This document shows positions 1 through 6,741 of a stretch of DNA of 17,740 nt, one piece after another (the first letter of the stretch is position 1; every line of letters starts with the position of its first letter). The notes beneath the pieces were generated by a model. That model had not been told where the DNA came from, searched no databases, and was given only the letters and a program-made list of their open reading frames with translations. The DNA lies in the IMG/VR virus record IMGVR_UViG_3300042401_002002. One strand, written 5' to 3'. This stretch comes from a virus (taxonomy: Duplodnaviria; Heunggongvirae; Uroviricota; Caudoviricetes). Made by a program: the position numbers and the translations under genes.

Positions 1-318
1 TTAAACAAACTAACAACAATTGAAAAATATAATGAGTTAGGTATTTCTTTTGGTTATACAATTGAGTTTAGAGAAAGATGTTTAAATGAGTTAAACAGAA
101 CTAAAAAAATACCTTTGAATACTATTGTTAAGACAAACGAAACTATTGATTTCAATGGAGGTATTTCAAGTAACTTATTTAAAATTGTTGAGAAAACCTT
201 TTGGAACGGTAAAAAATTTGTATCCAAAAAAGTTACAGTAATTTTGGATATTAACCATAAAGAATTGGCAAACGTTAAAATTGATTTAACTCAATACGAT
301 TTTGAGTTAATTGGTTGA
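1..318 (+). CDS. Hypothetical protein, 5'-truncated (open from base 1)
   Basis: Frame 1 is open from base 1 (LNKLTTIEKYNELGISFGYTIEF...) to TGA at 316-318; the track's TTG start at 115 is internal. Confidence 0.75.
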   Translation, partial: LNKLTTIEKYNELGISFGYTIEFRERCLNELNRTKKIPLNTIVKTNETIDFNGGISSNLFKIVEKTFWNGKKFVSKKVTVILDINHKELANVKIDLTQYDFELIG

Positions 319-319
319 T

Positions 320-422
320 AAATATAAACCGTACAATGTTTGATTATATTGTACGGTTCAATAAACAATGTTAATCGAACATTGTTAAAAATAATTTGAA
401 AATAATAACAATGTTTTGTAAC
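320..422 (+). repeat. Twin-hairpin direct repeat, copy A
   Basis: About 100-nt near-identical copy at 2289-2394; stems 327-358 and 364-386. Confidence 0.9.
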
Positions 423-454
423 CTTATCAAAGTAATTTCGTTAAAGATAGAGTA
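417..454 (+). promoter_or_regulatory. Repeated promoter-like motif
   Basis: TGTAACCTT...TTTCGTTAAAGATAGAGTA upstream of ORF 515. Confidence 0.7.
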
Positions 455-484
455 TTAAGTTAAACAAACAAATCTAAACCTTTT

Positions 485-503
485 CTGTTACTAGGTTAAA
501 CAG
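485..503 (+). promoter_or_regulatory. 5'-leader hairpin (CTGTT/AACAG)
   Basis: TTTT-CTGTT-actaggtta-AACAG, ends 11 nt before ATG 515. Confidence 0.55.
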
Positions 504-514
504 TTTTAAAGTAT

Positions 515-697
515 ATGATTAAAGCATTAGTAAGTATCGTATTATTAGCACAATTAGTTTGTTTAGGTACTATGTTTTCTTCATGTACAATGAATGAAAC
601 ACACTATGGTAGTTCAACCCATAGTTACTACAAAAAAGACTTAAAAAAGGTTGTTTTGAGTAGTAACGTAAATAAATGTTCAAAAATTAGTAGATAA
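515..697 (+). CDS. Small putative lipoprotein
   Basis: Basic N-terminus, hydrophobic stretch, FSS-C24 lipobox-like motif. Confidence 0.6.
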   Translation: MIKALVSIVLLAQLVCLGTMFSSCTMNETHYGSSTHSYYKKDLKKVVLSSNVNKCSKISR

Positions 698-699
698 AA

Positions 700-738
700 C
701 AAAACTTTATTTGTAAGTTTGCGTTAAAGATAAAGTAT
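700..738 (+). promoter_or_regulatory. Repeated promoter-like motif (contains TAnnTTTG)
   Basis: CAAAACTTT...TAAGTTTGCGTTAAAGATAAAGTA. Confidence 0.65.
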
Positions 739-766
739 TCAATTAAACAATTAAATTATTAAGATT

Positions 767-1135
767 ATGGCAACTCGTAGCAGAATAGCATTTGAAGAAA
801 ATAATGAGATAAAATCAATTTATTGTCATTGGGACGGTTATTTGTCAAACAATGGTAAAATATTATTTGAAAACTATACAACACTTGACAAAGTTAAAGA
901 GTTAATTAGTTTAGGAGAGTTAAGTTCTTTAAAAGAAACAATCGAAGAAACTAAAGAAAATAGTTATCATATTAAACAAAATGAAAATATTAACATTGTT
1001 ACAAGTTCAGATGTAAAAGAATATTCAAAAGTATTTGAAGAGTATAATTATCTATTTAAAGACAATGTTTGGTATTTGGTTAATGATAATTTATCATTGG
1101 TTGCATTGAGTGAATATAGAAACTCCTCAAGATAG
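767..1135 (+). CDS. Conserved phage hypothetical protein (MATR..SIYCHWDGY), paralog of 7799
   Basis: AAGATT-ATG start; MATRS and H-x-DGY motifs shared with ORF 7799. Confidence 0.85.
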   Translation: MATRSRIAFEENNEIKSIYCHWDGYLSNNGKILFENYTTLDKVKELISLGELSSLKETIEETKENSYHIKQNENINIVTSSDVKEYSKVFEEYNYLFKDNVWYLVNDNLSLVALSEYRNSSR

Positions 1136-1170
1136 TAAAAGTACAATGTTTAAAAATAATAACAATGTTT

Positions 1171-1208
1171 TGAAACATTGTTTATAAAATTAACGTATAA
1201 GAAGTATA
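1171..1208 (+). promoter_or_regulatory. Repeated promoter-like motif
   Basis: TGAAACATT...TAACGTATAAGAAGTATA. Confidence 0.75.
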
Positions 1209-1219
1209 ACTAAACTTTT

Positions 1220-1235
1220 CAGTTGTTAGTAACTG
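1220..1235 (+). promoter_or_regulatory. 5'-leader hairpin, covariant copy (CAGTT/AACTG)
   Basis: TTTT-CAGTTG-ttag-TAACTG, ends 11 nt before ATG 1247. Confidence 0.6.
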
Positions 1236-1246
1236 TATTAAAGATT

Positions 1247-1477
1247 ATGACCACAGAAGAAAAAAATCAAGCATTAAATAATGCTTTAAGAAGTTTTGGA
1301 TATAGACAAGATTTATTTATCCATACAGTTGGTAAGGACTTATTTATTATTGCCAGTAAAAATGAAGTAGGTGGATTAAATACGTTTGGTTTGGCTTATA
1401 ACTACAAAGAAATGAATTTATTTCTTAAAGCTTATAATATAGGTTTTAATAACAATACATCACTAAAATTAATTTAA
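1247..1477 (+). CDS. Hypothetical protein (76 aa)
   Basis: Start moved from TTG 1223 to the in-frame AAGATT-ATG at 1247. Confidence 0.8.
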   Translation: MTTEEKNQALNNALRSFGYRQDLFIHTVGKDLFIIASKNEVGGLNTFGLAYNYKEMNLFLKAYNIGFNNNTSLKLI

Positions 1478-1491
1478 AAACAATTAACACA

Positions 1492-1632
1492 ATGTTACAG
1501 ATATTTATCAAATCAACAAACATTTTACCATTAAAAGAAATTGTTTGTCAAGTGTTAAAATCACAACCAAAATGTTCAAGCTATAACAATGCTATTAACA
1601 TTAATAGTAAACAAAATATTAACCGTAGATAA
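1492..1632 (+). CDS. Possible 46-aa hypothetical protein
   Basis: ATG-to-TAA ORF filling the gap between ORFs 1247 and 1641. Confidence 0.35.
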   Translation: MLQIFIKSTNILPLKEIVCQVLKSQPKCSSYNNAININSKQNINRR

Positions 1633-1640
1633 CCAAGATT

Positions 1641-2099
1641 ATGGAAACGACAATTTTAAAAAGAATATCGCCACAAAAATTAGCAGTAATGTTCCATGAC
1701 CATGCTGATAAAATCAATATTAGGTATTTCAATGCTTTGACTAAAGAAGAAATAAACGAACATAATGACCACAATGTTTTTACTTTTGAAGTTAAGGTAA
1801 GGCACAATGAAAATGAAAACCCTAATAAGCTTTTCAACAATGTTTTAAAAATAATCAATCAACCAAAAAGAAACATTGTTAAAACCAATAACAACAATGT
1901 TTTTAAACAAACTTCATTGTGTAAACAGGAAAGAATTAGTTTAGTTTCATTGCGTACTGATTTAATTAAAAAGATAGGTACAAATGATTTAAATGTTATT
2001 GATAGTTACATTATACCATTGTATAACGAACAAAGTAATTCAGTTTATTTTGTTGATGAAACAAGTTATTCAAGTGATGAAAGAGCTATTATTCTGTAA
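1641..2099 (+). CDS. Hypothetical protein
   Basis: AAGATT-ATG start, 152 aa; contains three AACAWTGTT sites. Confidence 0.75.
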   Translation: METTILKRISPQKLAVMFHDHADKINIRYFNALTKEEINEHNDHNVFTFEVKVRHNENENPNKLFNNVLKIINQPKRNIVKTNNNNVFKQTSLCKQERISLVSLRTDLIKKIGTNDLNVIDSYIIPLYNEQSNSVYFVDETSYSSDERAIIL

Positions 2100-2127
2100 C
2101 AACAATGTTAAAATAATAACAATGTTT

Positions 2128-2165
2128 TGCAACAATGTTTGTAATATTAACGTATAAGAAGTATA
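2128..2165 (+). promoter_or_regulatory. Repeated promoter-like motif
   Basis: TGCAACAAT...TAACGTATAAGAAGTATA. Confidence 0.75.
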
Positions 2166-2196
2166 AATAATTCAACCACAAACCAAATAAAGTAAA

Positions 2197-2289
2197 ATGA
2201 ATAAGTATAACAATATCCAGGATTTTGATGATTTGCCACATGGTAAAATAAAAGTAACTAAACCTAAAGTAAAGAAGTTTAAAGGTTAA
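2197..2289 (+). CDS. 30-aa peptide with basic tail (MNKYNNIQDFDDLPHGKIKVTKPKVKKFKG)
   Basis: Only ORF between motif 2128 and the twin hairpin at 2289; below the track's size cutoff. Confidence 0.6.
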   Translation: MNKYNNIQDFDDLPHGKIKVTKPKVKKFKG

Positions 2290-2394
2290 AATATAAACTT
2301 AACAATGTTTGATTATGTTGTTAAGTTCAAGAAACAATGTTAGTCGAACATTGTTTAAAAAAATAATTTGAAAATAATAACATTCTTTTGAAAC
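2289..2394 (+). repeat. Twin-hairpin direct repeat, copy B
   Basis: Matches 320-422; stems 2296-2327 and 2332-2356. Confidence 0.9.
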
Positions 2395-2462
2395 ATTGTT
2401 TGTGTTTACAAGGTACTATTAGTAGAAAAACTAAGGACTTTGTTTTAGAAAAATGTTAATAT

Positions 2463-2540
2463 ATGAATATTATTTATTATGTTGGAATACAAATATTGAT
2501 TGGTGTTTATTGTGGTAAAAAGTTAAGTGAAATAGTTTAA
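2463..2540 (+). CDS. 25-aa hydrophobic peptide (MNIIYYVGIQILIGVYCGKKLSEIV)
   Basis: ATG-to-TAA ORF directly upstream of ORF 2557. Confidence 0.45.
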   Translation: MNIIYYVGIQILIGVYCGKKLSEIV

Positions 2541-2556
2541 GTTAATTAAAGTAAAT

Positions 2557-2742
2557 ATGGAGTTAAAAGATTTAAGAAAATTGTACAAAGGTTTAATGGA
2601 ATACATTGATAGTTCAGAAGAGAACTTTAATAAACCTTTAAAAACAAATATAACTGATTATTTGGGTTTAAAGTTTGGTAATAATGATGCAGAACGTGAA
2701 GAAATTTTTACGAACTACATTATTGGTAGATTAGCTAGATAA
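2557..2742 (+). CDS. Hypothetical protein
   Basis: ORF track, 61 aa. Confidence 0.75.
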   Translation: MELKDLRKLYKGLMEYIDSSEENFNKPLKTNITDYLGLKFGNNDAEREEIFTNYIIGRLAR

Positions 2743-2996
2743 ATCCGTAGAAATAACAATGTTTTTGATTTTATTAAAATTTAAACAATGTTATTTTTTT
2801 GCATTTTAACATTGTTTTATAATGCAACAATGTTATTATACAATGTTTCAGAATTAACAATATGTTAATAATGTACCATTAAATACATATTATACTGATT
2901 ACTAAGGTATTAAAAAGTACAATAAATGTATGTTAAATTTAGTAAAAAATTCTTACATTTTATATGTTATATTTTAACAAAAAATACTAGTTTTAT

Positions 2997-3034
2997 AACA
3001 ACTTTATTACTACATTTGCGTTAAAGAATGTATA
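2997..3034 (+). promoter_or_regulatory. Repeated promoter-like motif (contains TAnnTTTG)
   Basis: ACAACTTT...TACATTTGCGTTAAAGAATGTATA. Confidence 0.65.
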
Positions 3035-3059
3035 ACTAAAAACAAGATATAAATACTAT

Positions 3060-3985
3060 ATGAAAACAGAATTTAATTTAAGATTATTAGAACAGTTTAG
3101 TTCAGCAAATTTACATACTAAAATTAGTTTACTTGAAATTTCCACAATAGATAATATGTCTATTGGTATGGAATGGGTAAAAAATAATGTTGAAGCAGTA
3201 TTGGTTGGTGGTACGGCAGTTGTTAATTATTTATCAAAAGGTAGAGATTTAACACCCGATGTTGATTATTTAGTAAGTAATATTAATGATGTTAAAACTA
3301 AACTAACAAAAGATAATATTTTAGACCCAAACGTAGGTAATAAAAGTCTAAATTCTTTGATTTTAAAATCAAAGATACAAACTGTTATAGGTGGGGTTTC
3401 AGTTGATATTATTAGACCATTACATATTCTATTTAAAATATGTATCCAATGGACTTTAACCTCCATTGAGCCTACGGCTACGGCTCATATTGTGTACTTA
3501 AATTCCACAACTACATTTTAACACTCATTACAACTATCTATTTGATTCAACAAGCATAGCTTGTTGTCTTGTTAGTGTAATTTGTCTAAAACACTCAATG
3601 ATTTTACGTTTACGAGAGCAAAAACCTTTAGGTTTTTGATTTGTAAACAACCTAATATCAATATGTCAAAGATTCAACAACCTTTTGTTATTGAAGCAAC
3701 GTAAAAAAACTATGGTGGGTCTTAGCTTACGTTACATTTTAATTTAAATAGTGTAAAATTAAATAAATTTCATTAAATTTAAACAAAATTAATGATTGTA
3801 TTTAACCCGAATTACTTGCGATACTTAAATTAGATTTAGGTAGAACTAAAGATATTGACGATGGCTTTGCTTTATTGCAAAGTGACAAGGTTAATAAGAA
3901 AAATTATATTACCTTTGTTGAAGGTTTAAAGAAATTTCTTAATGATTACGAATCATTAATAAGTTACCAAGATTTAATTCAATAA
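3060..3985 (+). pseudogene. Pol-beta-superfamily nucleotidyltransferase interrupted by a 389-nt insertion
   Basis: N-part has VLVGGTAVVNY...R.LTPDVDYLV (GG + DxD). C-part 3806-3985 reads PELLAILKLDLGRTKDIDDG. Removing 3417-3805 restores one 178-aa frame (..VSVDIIRPELLAILK..). Confidence 0.8.
3417..3805 (-). mobile_element. Putative non-autonomous IS607/IS200-IS605-type remnant
   Basis: Disrupts the NTase. ACC (GGT on - strand) occurs at both junctions. Minus-strand fragments LKCSCG (3521-3504) and AVGSMEVKVH (3478-3449) resemble a TnpB C-terminus. Several hairpins. Confidence 0.5.
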
Positions 3986-3987
3986 CT

Positions 3988-4176
3988 ATGGAAAATTATA
4001 ATATATACATTTATTTGTTCAATGTAGTAACAAACCTAATTATACTAGGTTTTAGTTTAAGTTGTTATTTAAGGTGGAAAACAAAAAATTGGTTGTTTTT
4101 TATCTTAGCTAACATATTCTTAATTACTTATTTTAGTATAAAAATATACCAAGTAACGCAACCTTTATTAAAGTAA
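3988..4176 (+). CDS. Small membrane protein (two hydrophobic segments)
   Basis: 62 aa with two long hydrophobic stretches separated by RWKTKNW. Confidence 0.7.
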   Translation: MENYNIYIYLFNVVTNLIILGFSLSCYLRWKTKNWLFFILANIFLITYFSIKIYQVTQPLLK

Positions 4177-4199
4177 TAACGTATATAACCAAAAGTATA
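4157..4199 (+). promoter_or_regulatory. Repeated promoter-like motif
   Basis: CGCAACCTTT...TAACGTATA..AAGTATA; overlaps the end of ORF 3988. Confidence 0.7.
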
Positions 4200-4204
4200 A
4201 TATT

Positions 4205-4657
4205 ATGCAAACAATCAAAAATTATTTTGTTTCTTCATTGACTAATAAAGGAATAAACGAAGTAGAAGCAAACAACTTAGTTGAACAAGCTAAAACAGAT
4301 ATTGAGATATATTTGAATAGTTCAATGGATAAACAATTTTCATTATCCAAAAATGAAATTAAAGATGTTAGAACTATATTAAGAAATATTGCAGTTCTAA
4401 ACCTTAGAAAATCAATTAGAGAAAAACCATTTGCAAATTTAAAAAGCAAAGAAGTAACCAACGTACTTAAAGGTTTAAATATAACAGTTAACAGAAAATA
4501 CAGTAAAAAAAGTGTTTCTATGTTAAAGATATTTGGCGAAAGACATAATGTATTAAATAACAAGTTAGGTTTGCCACATAAACATATTATGTTTTATAGC
4601 AAATCAAATGTTTATATTGCTAAACATAAAAAATTAGGTTTTAAATTTCTTGACTAA
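4205..4657 (+). CDS. Hypothetical basic protein
   Basis: ORF track, 150 aa, downstream of a motif copy. Confidence 0.8.
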   Translation: MQTIKNYFVSSLTNKGINEVEANNLVEQAKTDIEIYLNSSMDKQFSLSKNEIKDVRTILRNIAVLNLRKSIREKPFANLKSKEVTNVLKGLNITVNRKYSKKSVSMLKIFGERHNVLNNKLGLPHKHIMFYSKSNVYIAKHKKLGFKFLD

Positions 4658-4660
4658 TAA

Positions 4661-4696
4661 CGCAACCTTATTCAGAATAACAACGTATAAGATGTA
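4661..4696 (+). promoter_or_regulatory. Repeated promoter-like motif
   Basis: CGCAACCTTA...CAACGTATAAGATGTA. Confidence 0.75.
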
Positions 4697-4722
4697 AGTT
4701 TAAACATATAAATATTAAGAGT

Positions 4723-4908
4723 ATGGAACTAAAAGAAATGATTTATAATAATGTAAAAGTTACATTATTAATTCAATACAAAGATAATTACAATGTACAA
4801 GAAGATGTTACATACAAATATTTTCTTAACGGTTTCGAGGTTAAAGACTTAACAACAATTAAACCAATTCATTTAGAAATCTTTGAGTTACTAAAGAAAT
4901 ATAACTAA
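4723..4908 (+). CDS. Hypothetical protein
   Basis: ORF track, 61 aa. Confidence 0.75.
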   Translation: MELKEMIYNNVKVTLLIQYKDNYNVQEDVTYKYFLNGFEVKDLTTIKPIHLEIFELLKKYN

Positions 4909-4911
4909 GTT

Positions 4912-4980
4912 ATGACTTACTTATTAATAACAATATTATTTTGTTGGTTGTTATTTGAAATTATAACTAACAAACATTGA
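4912..4980 (+). CDS. 22-aa hydrophobic peptide (MTYLLITILFCWLLFEIITNKH)
   Basis: ATG 3 nt after the previous stop; TGA directly precedes a terminator hairpin. Confidence 0.55.
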   Translation: MTYLLITILFCWLLFEIITNKH

Positions 4981-4984
4981 TAAC

Positions 4985-5021
4985 AAAACCTTAATTATTG
5001 ACTTAATTAAGGTTTTATTTT
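4985..5021 (+). terminator. Intrinsic terminator-like hairpin
   Basis: AAAACCTTAATTA-ttgact-TAATTAAGGTTTT perfect 13-bp stem followed by ATTTT. Confidence 0.7.
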
Positions 5022-5040
5022 AAAAATAAATTAAGTTTAA

Positions 5041-5078
5041 TGCAACCTTTTATATTTTACCAACGTATAAGAAGTATA
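5041..5078 (+). promoter_or_regulatory. Repeated promoter-like motif
   Basis: TGCAACCTTT...CCAACGTATAAGAAGTATA. Confidence 0.8.
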
Positions 5079-5095
5079 TTTAAACAACCAAGATT

Positions 5096-5266
5096 ATGTT
5101 AAAGAAACAAGAAGAACTTAAGGAATTAATCCGAGATAGTTATTATGAAGGTGCAAAATCCTTTAGAAAACATTGTAAAGATAAACCAAATGAATGGTCT
5201 TATATAATGGACGATGCAGTTGATTATTCAAATGAAATTGTTGACAAACTAAAAGAAAATGACTGA
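5096..5266 (+). CDS. 56-aa hypothetical protein (MLKKQEELKELIRDSYYEG...)
   Basis: AAGATT-ATG start; overlaps ORF 5259 by 8 nt; missed by the track. Confidence 0.8.
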   Translation: MLKKQEELKELIRDSYYEGAKSFRKHCKDKPNEWSYIMDDAVDYSNEIVDKLKEND

Positions 5267-5477
5267 CAAAGAGTTTTATTTACATAAACATTATGGGATT
5301 GATGTAACTAAAGAAGTTGTTTCTAAGCCAAAGGAAACCAACAAAGTATATATGTTGGTTCATAACCAAACTAAACAAATCTTAATAAAAGGTTTATATA
5401 GTTTGTGTAAATGGAAGTACAACCAACTTAATACATTTGAACGCAAAAGTTATTCAATAAAACAGTATAAAAATTAA
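5259..5477 (+). CDS. Hypothetical protein
   Basis: ORF track, 72 aa, translationally coupled to ORF 5096. Confidence 0.8.
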   Translation: MTDKEFYLHKHYGIDVTKEVVSKPKETNKVYMLVHNQTKQILIKGLYSLCKWKYNQLNTFERKSYSIKQYKN

Positions 5478-5569
5478 TAATGGGAAATTTATCGTTTCTA
5501 ATACCAACTGAAAATATTAATACATGAAGGTATTCACCCCGAATATGATAAATTTAATTAAGAATGTTG

Positions 5570-5603
5570 TGTAACATTTATTCAAAATTAACGTATAAGA
5601 ACT
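5570..5603 (+). promoter_or_regulatory. Repeated promoter-like motif
   Basis: TGTAACATTT...TAACGTATAAGAACT. Confidence 0.75.
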
Positions 5604-5615
5604 AAAAACAAGTAT

Positions 5616-5951
5616 ATGAAAAACCAAGATTTAATTTTAGATTGCCCTATTGAATTTATAGAAAATTCTTTAGAAATTGCTTTAAATCGTTTTGAAGGTA
5701 ATAGTAATAAAATACCTAAACATAGTGATTTAATTAATGTTTACTTTGCAGGTGCTACATTATGTTTAGATGTTTACATTAATTGTAAAACAGATAAAGA
5801 TGTTATTACTATTAGTTATAACAAACAAACATTTGGTTATTTTAGTGGTGGTTATCGTAGGTTATTATCTATCAAAGCCTTAAAAACTTTAGATAAATTA
5901 ATTAAAGTAGCTAAAATTAATCACGAACAAATTAGTTGGTTAAAACTGTAA
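5616..5951 (+). CDS. Hypothetical protein
   Basis: ORF track, 111 aa; its stop TAA lies inside the next motif's GTAACC. Confidence 0.8.
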   Translation: MKNQDLILDCPIEFIENSLEIALNRFEGNSNKIPKHSDLINVYFAGATLCLDVYINCKTDKDVITISYNKQTFGYFSGGYRRLLSIKALKTLDKLIKVAKINHEQISWLKL

Positions 5952-5984
5952 CCTTTATTATTAAACCAACGTATAAATAGTATA
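5947..5984 (+). promoter_or_regulatory. Repeated promoter-like motif
   Basis: TGTAACCTTT...CCAACGTATAAATAGTATA. Confidence 0.8.
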
Positions 5985-5990
5985 TCTATT

Positions 5991-6221
5991 ATGGAAACAA
6001 CTTACAGAGAATGGCTTCAAAATAATGAAGAAGCTAAAGAATTAATTATTAACGAACATTATAATTTAATACCTAAATCAGCATTAGAGTATATTGATAA
6101 GTTACAGGAACGTAGTGATAAATTAGAAAACGATAATAAAGATTTACTTAAAACTGTTTCTATATTACGTGGATACCTTACTGAATTACAAGAAGAAATT
6201 AAAGTCCTTAAAAATAAGTAA
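5991..6221 (+). CDS. Hypothetical coiled-coil protein
   Basis: 76 aa with heptad-like L/I pattern in the C-terminal half. Confidence 0.8.
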   Translation: METTYREWLQNNEEAKELIINEHYNLIPKSALEYIDKLQERSDKLENDNKDLLKTVSILRGYLTELQEEIKVLKNK

Positions 6222-6225
6222 TACC

Positions 6226-6534
6226 ATGTCTATTCCAATTAACTCAAACATTGATTATAATAAATTGATTAATCAATTAGATTCTATTTCACTTAACAAA
6301 CTTAATACCAATATGAATACAATTCCAATGGCAGACCCAAGAGATTCATTTAACTATGAAGAATTTGAAAAAGAAATGTTGAATAATACAAATTCTTTTT
6401 TCAACAAAAGACAACCAAGTTATAATAAGTCTATCCACAAACCAACTAACCCAATTGATGTTTTAACTAGGAAATTAGAACGTGAGAGAAAACGTGCTAT
6501 TACTAGGGAACAGTATGGAGTTAATATTTATTAA
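6226..6534 (+). CDS. Hypothetical Asn-rich protein (102 aa)
   Basis: Start moved to the in-frame ATG 6226, 4 nt after the upstream stop. Confidence 0.7.
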   Translation: MSIPINSNIDYNKLINQLDSISLNKLNTNMNTIPMADPRDSFNYEEFEKEMLNNTNSFFNKRQPSYNKSIHKPTNPIDVLTRKLERERKRAITREQYGVNIY

Positions 6535-6536
6535 TT

Positions 6537-6737
6537 ATGAATAAACTAAGAGATTACTTTGTAAGATTATTAATTGATTTTTGTTGTGGAAAAGCATTGA
6601 AGTACCAACAAAGAACTGATTTGTTACATAATACAAAAGGTACTAACTATATTTATAGTATAGGTAGTAATGTTGTTCAACGTGATAAGTGGTTGAAAAG
6701 AATTTATTTGTTAGAAAAATTCATAGGTAAAGCTTAA
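6537..6737 (+). CDS. Hypothetical protein
   Basis: ORF track, 66 aa. Confidence 0.75.
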   Translation: MNKLRDYFVRLLIDFCCGKALKYQQRTDLLHNTKGTNYIYSIGSNVVQRDKWLKRIYLLEKFIGKA

Positions 6738-6741
6738 TAAC

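Noticed and set aside
2389-2425. Possible promoter copy after twin-hairpin copy B
   Set aside because: Box 1 is present (TGAAACATT) but the CG core is replaced by AAGGTAC; treated as degenerate and not counted
3677-3713. Promoter-motif-like string inside the insert (ACAACCTTTT..CAACGTAAAAAAACTAT)
   Set aside because: 23-nt register instead of 21-22 and no credible ORF follows; possibly chance or decayed, so not counted
3417-3805. Insert as a group I intron in the NTase gene
   Set aside because: Frame restoration requires the junction after T3803, so the last insert base would be T, A or C rather than the obligatory terminal G; no P7-like core recognised
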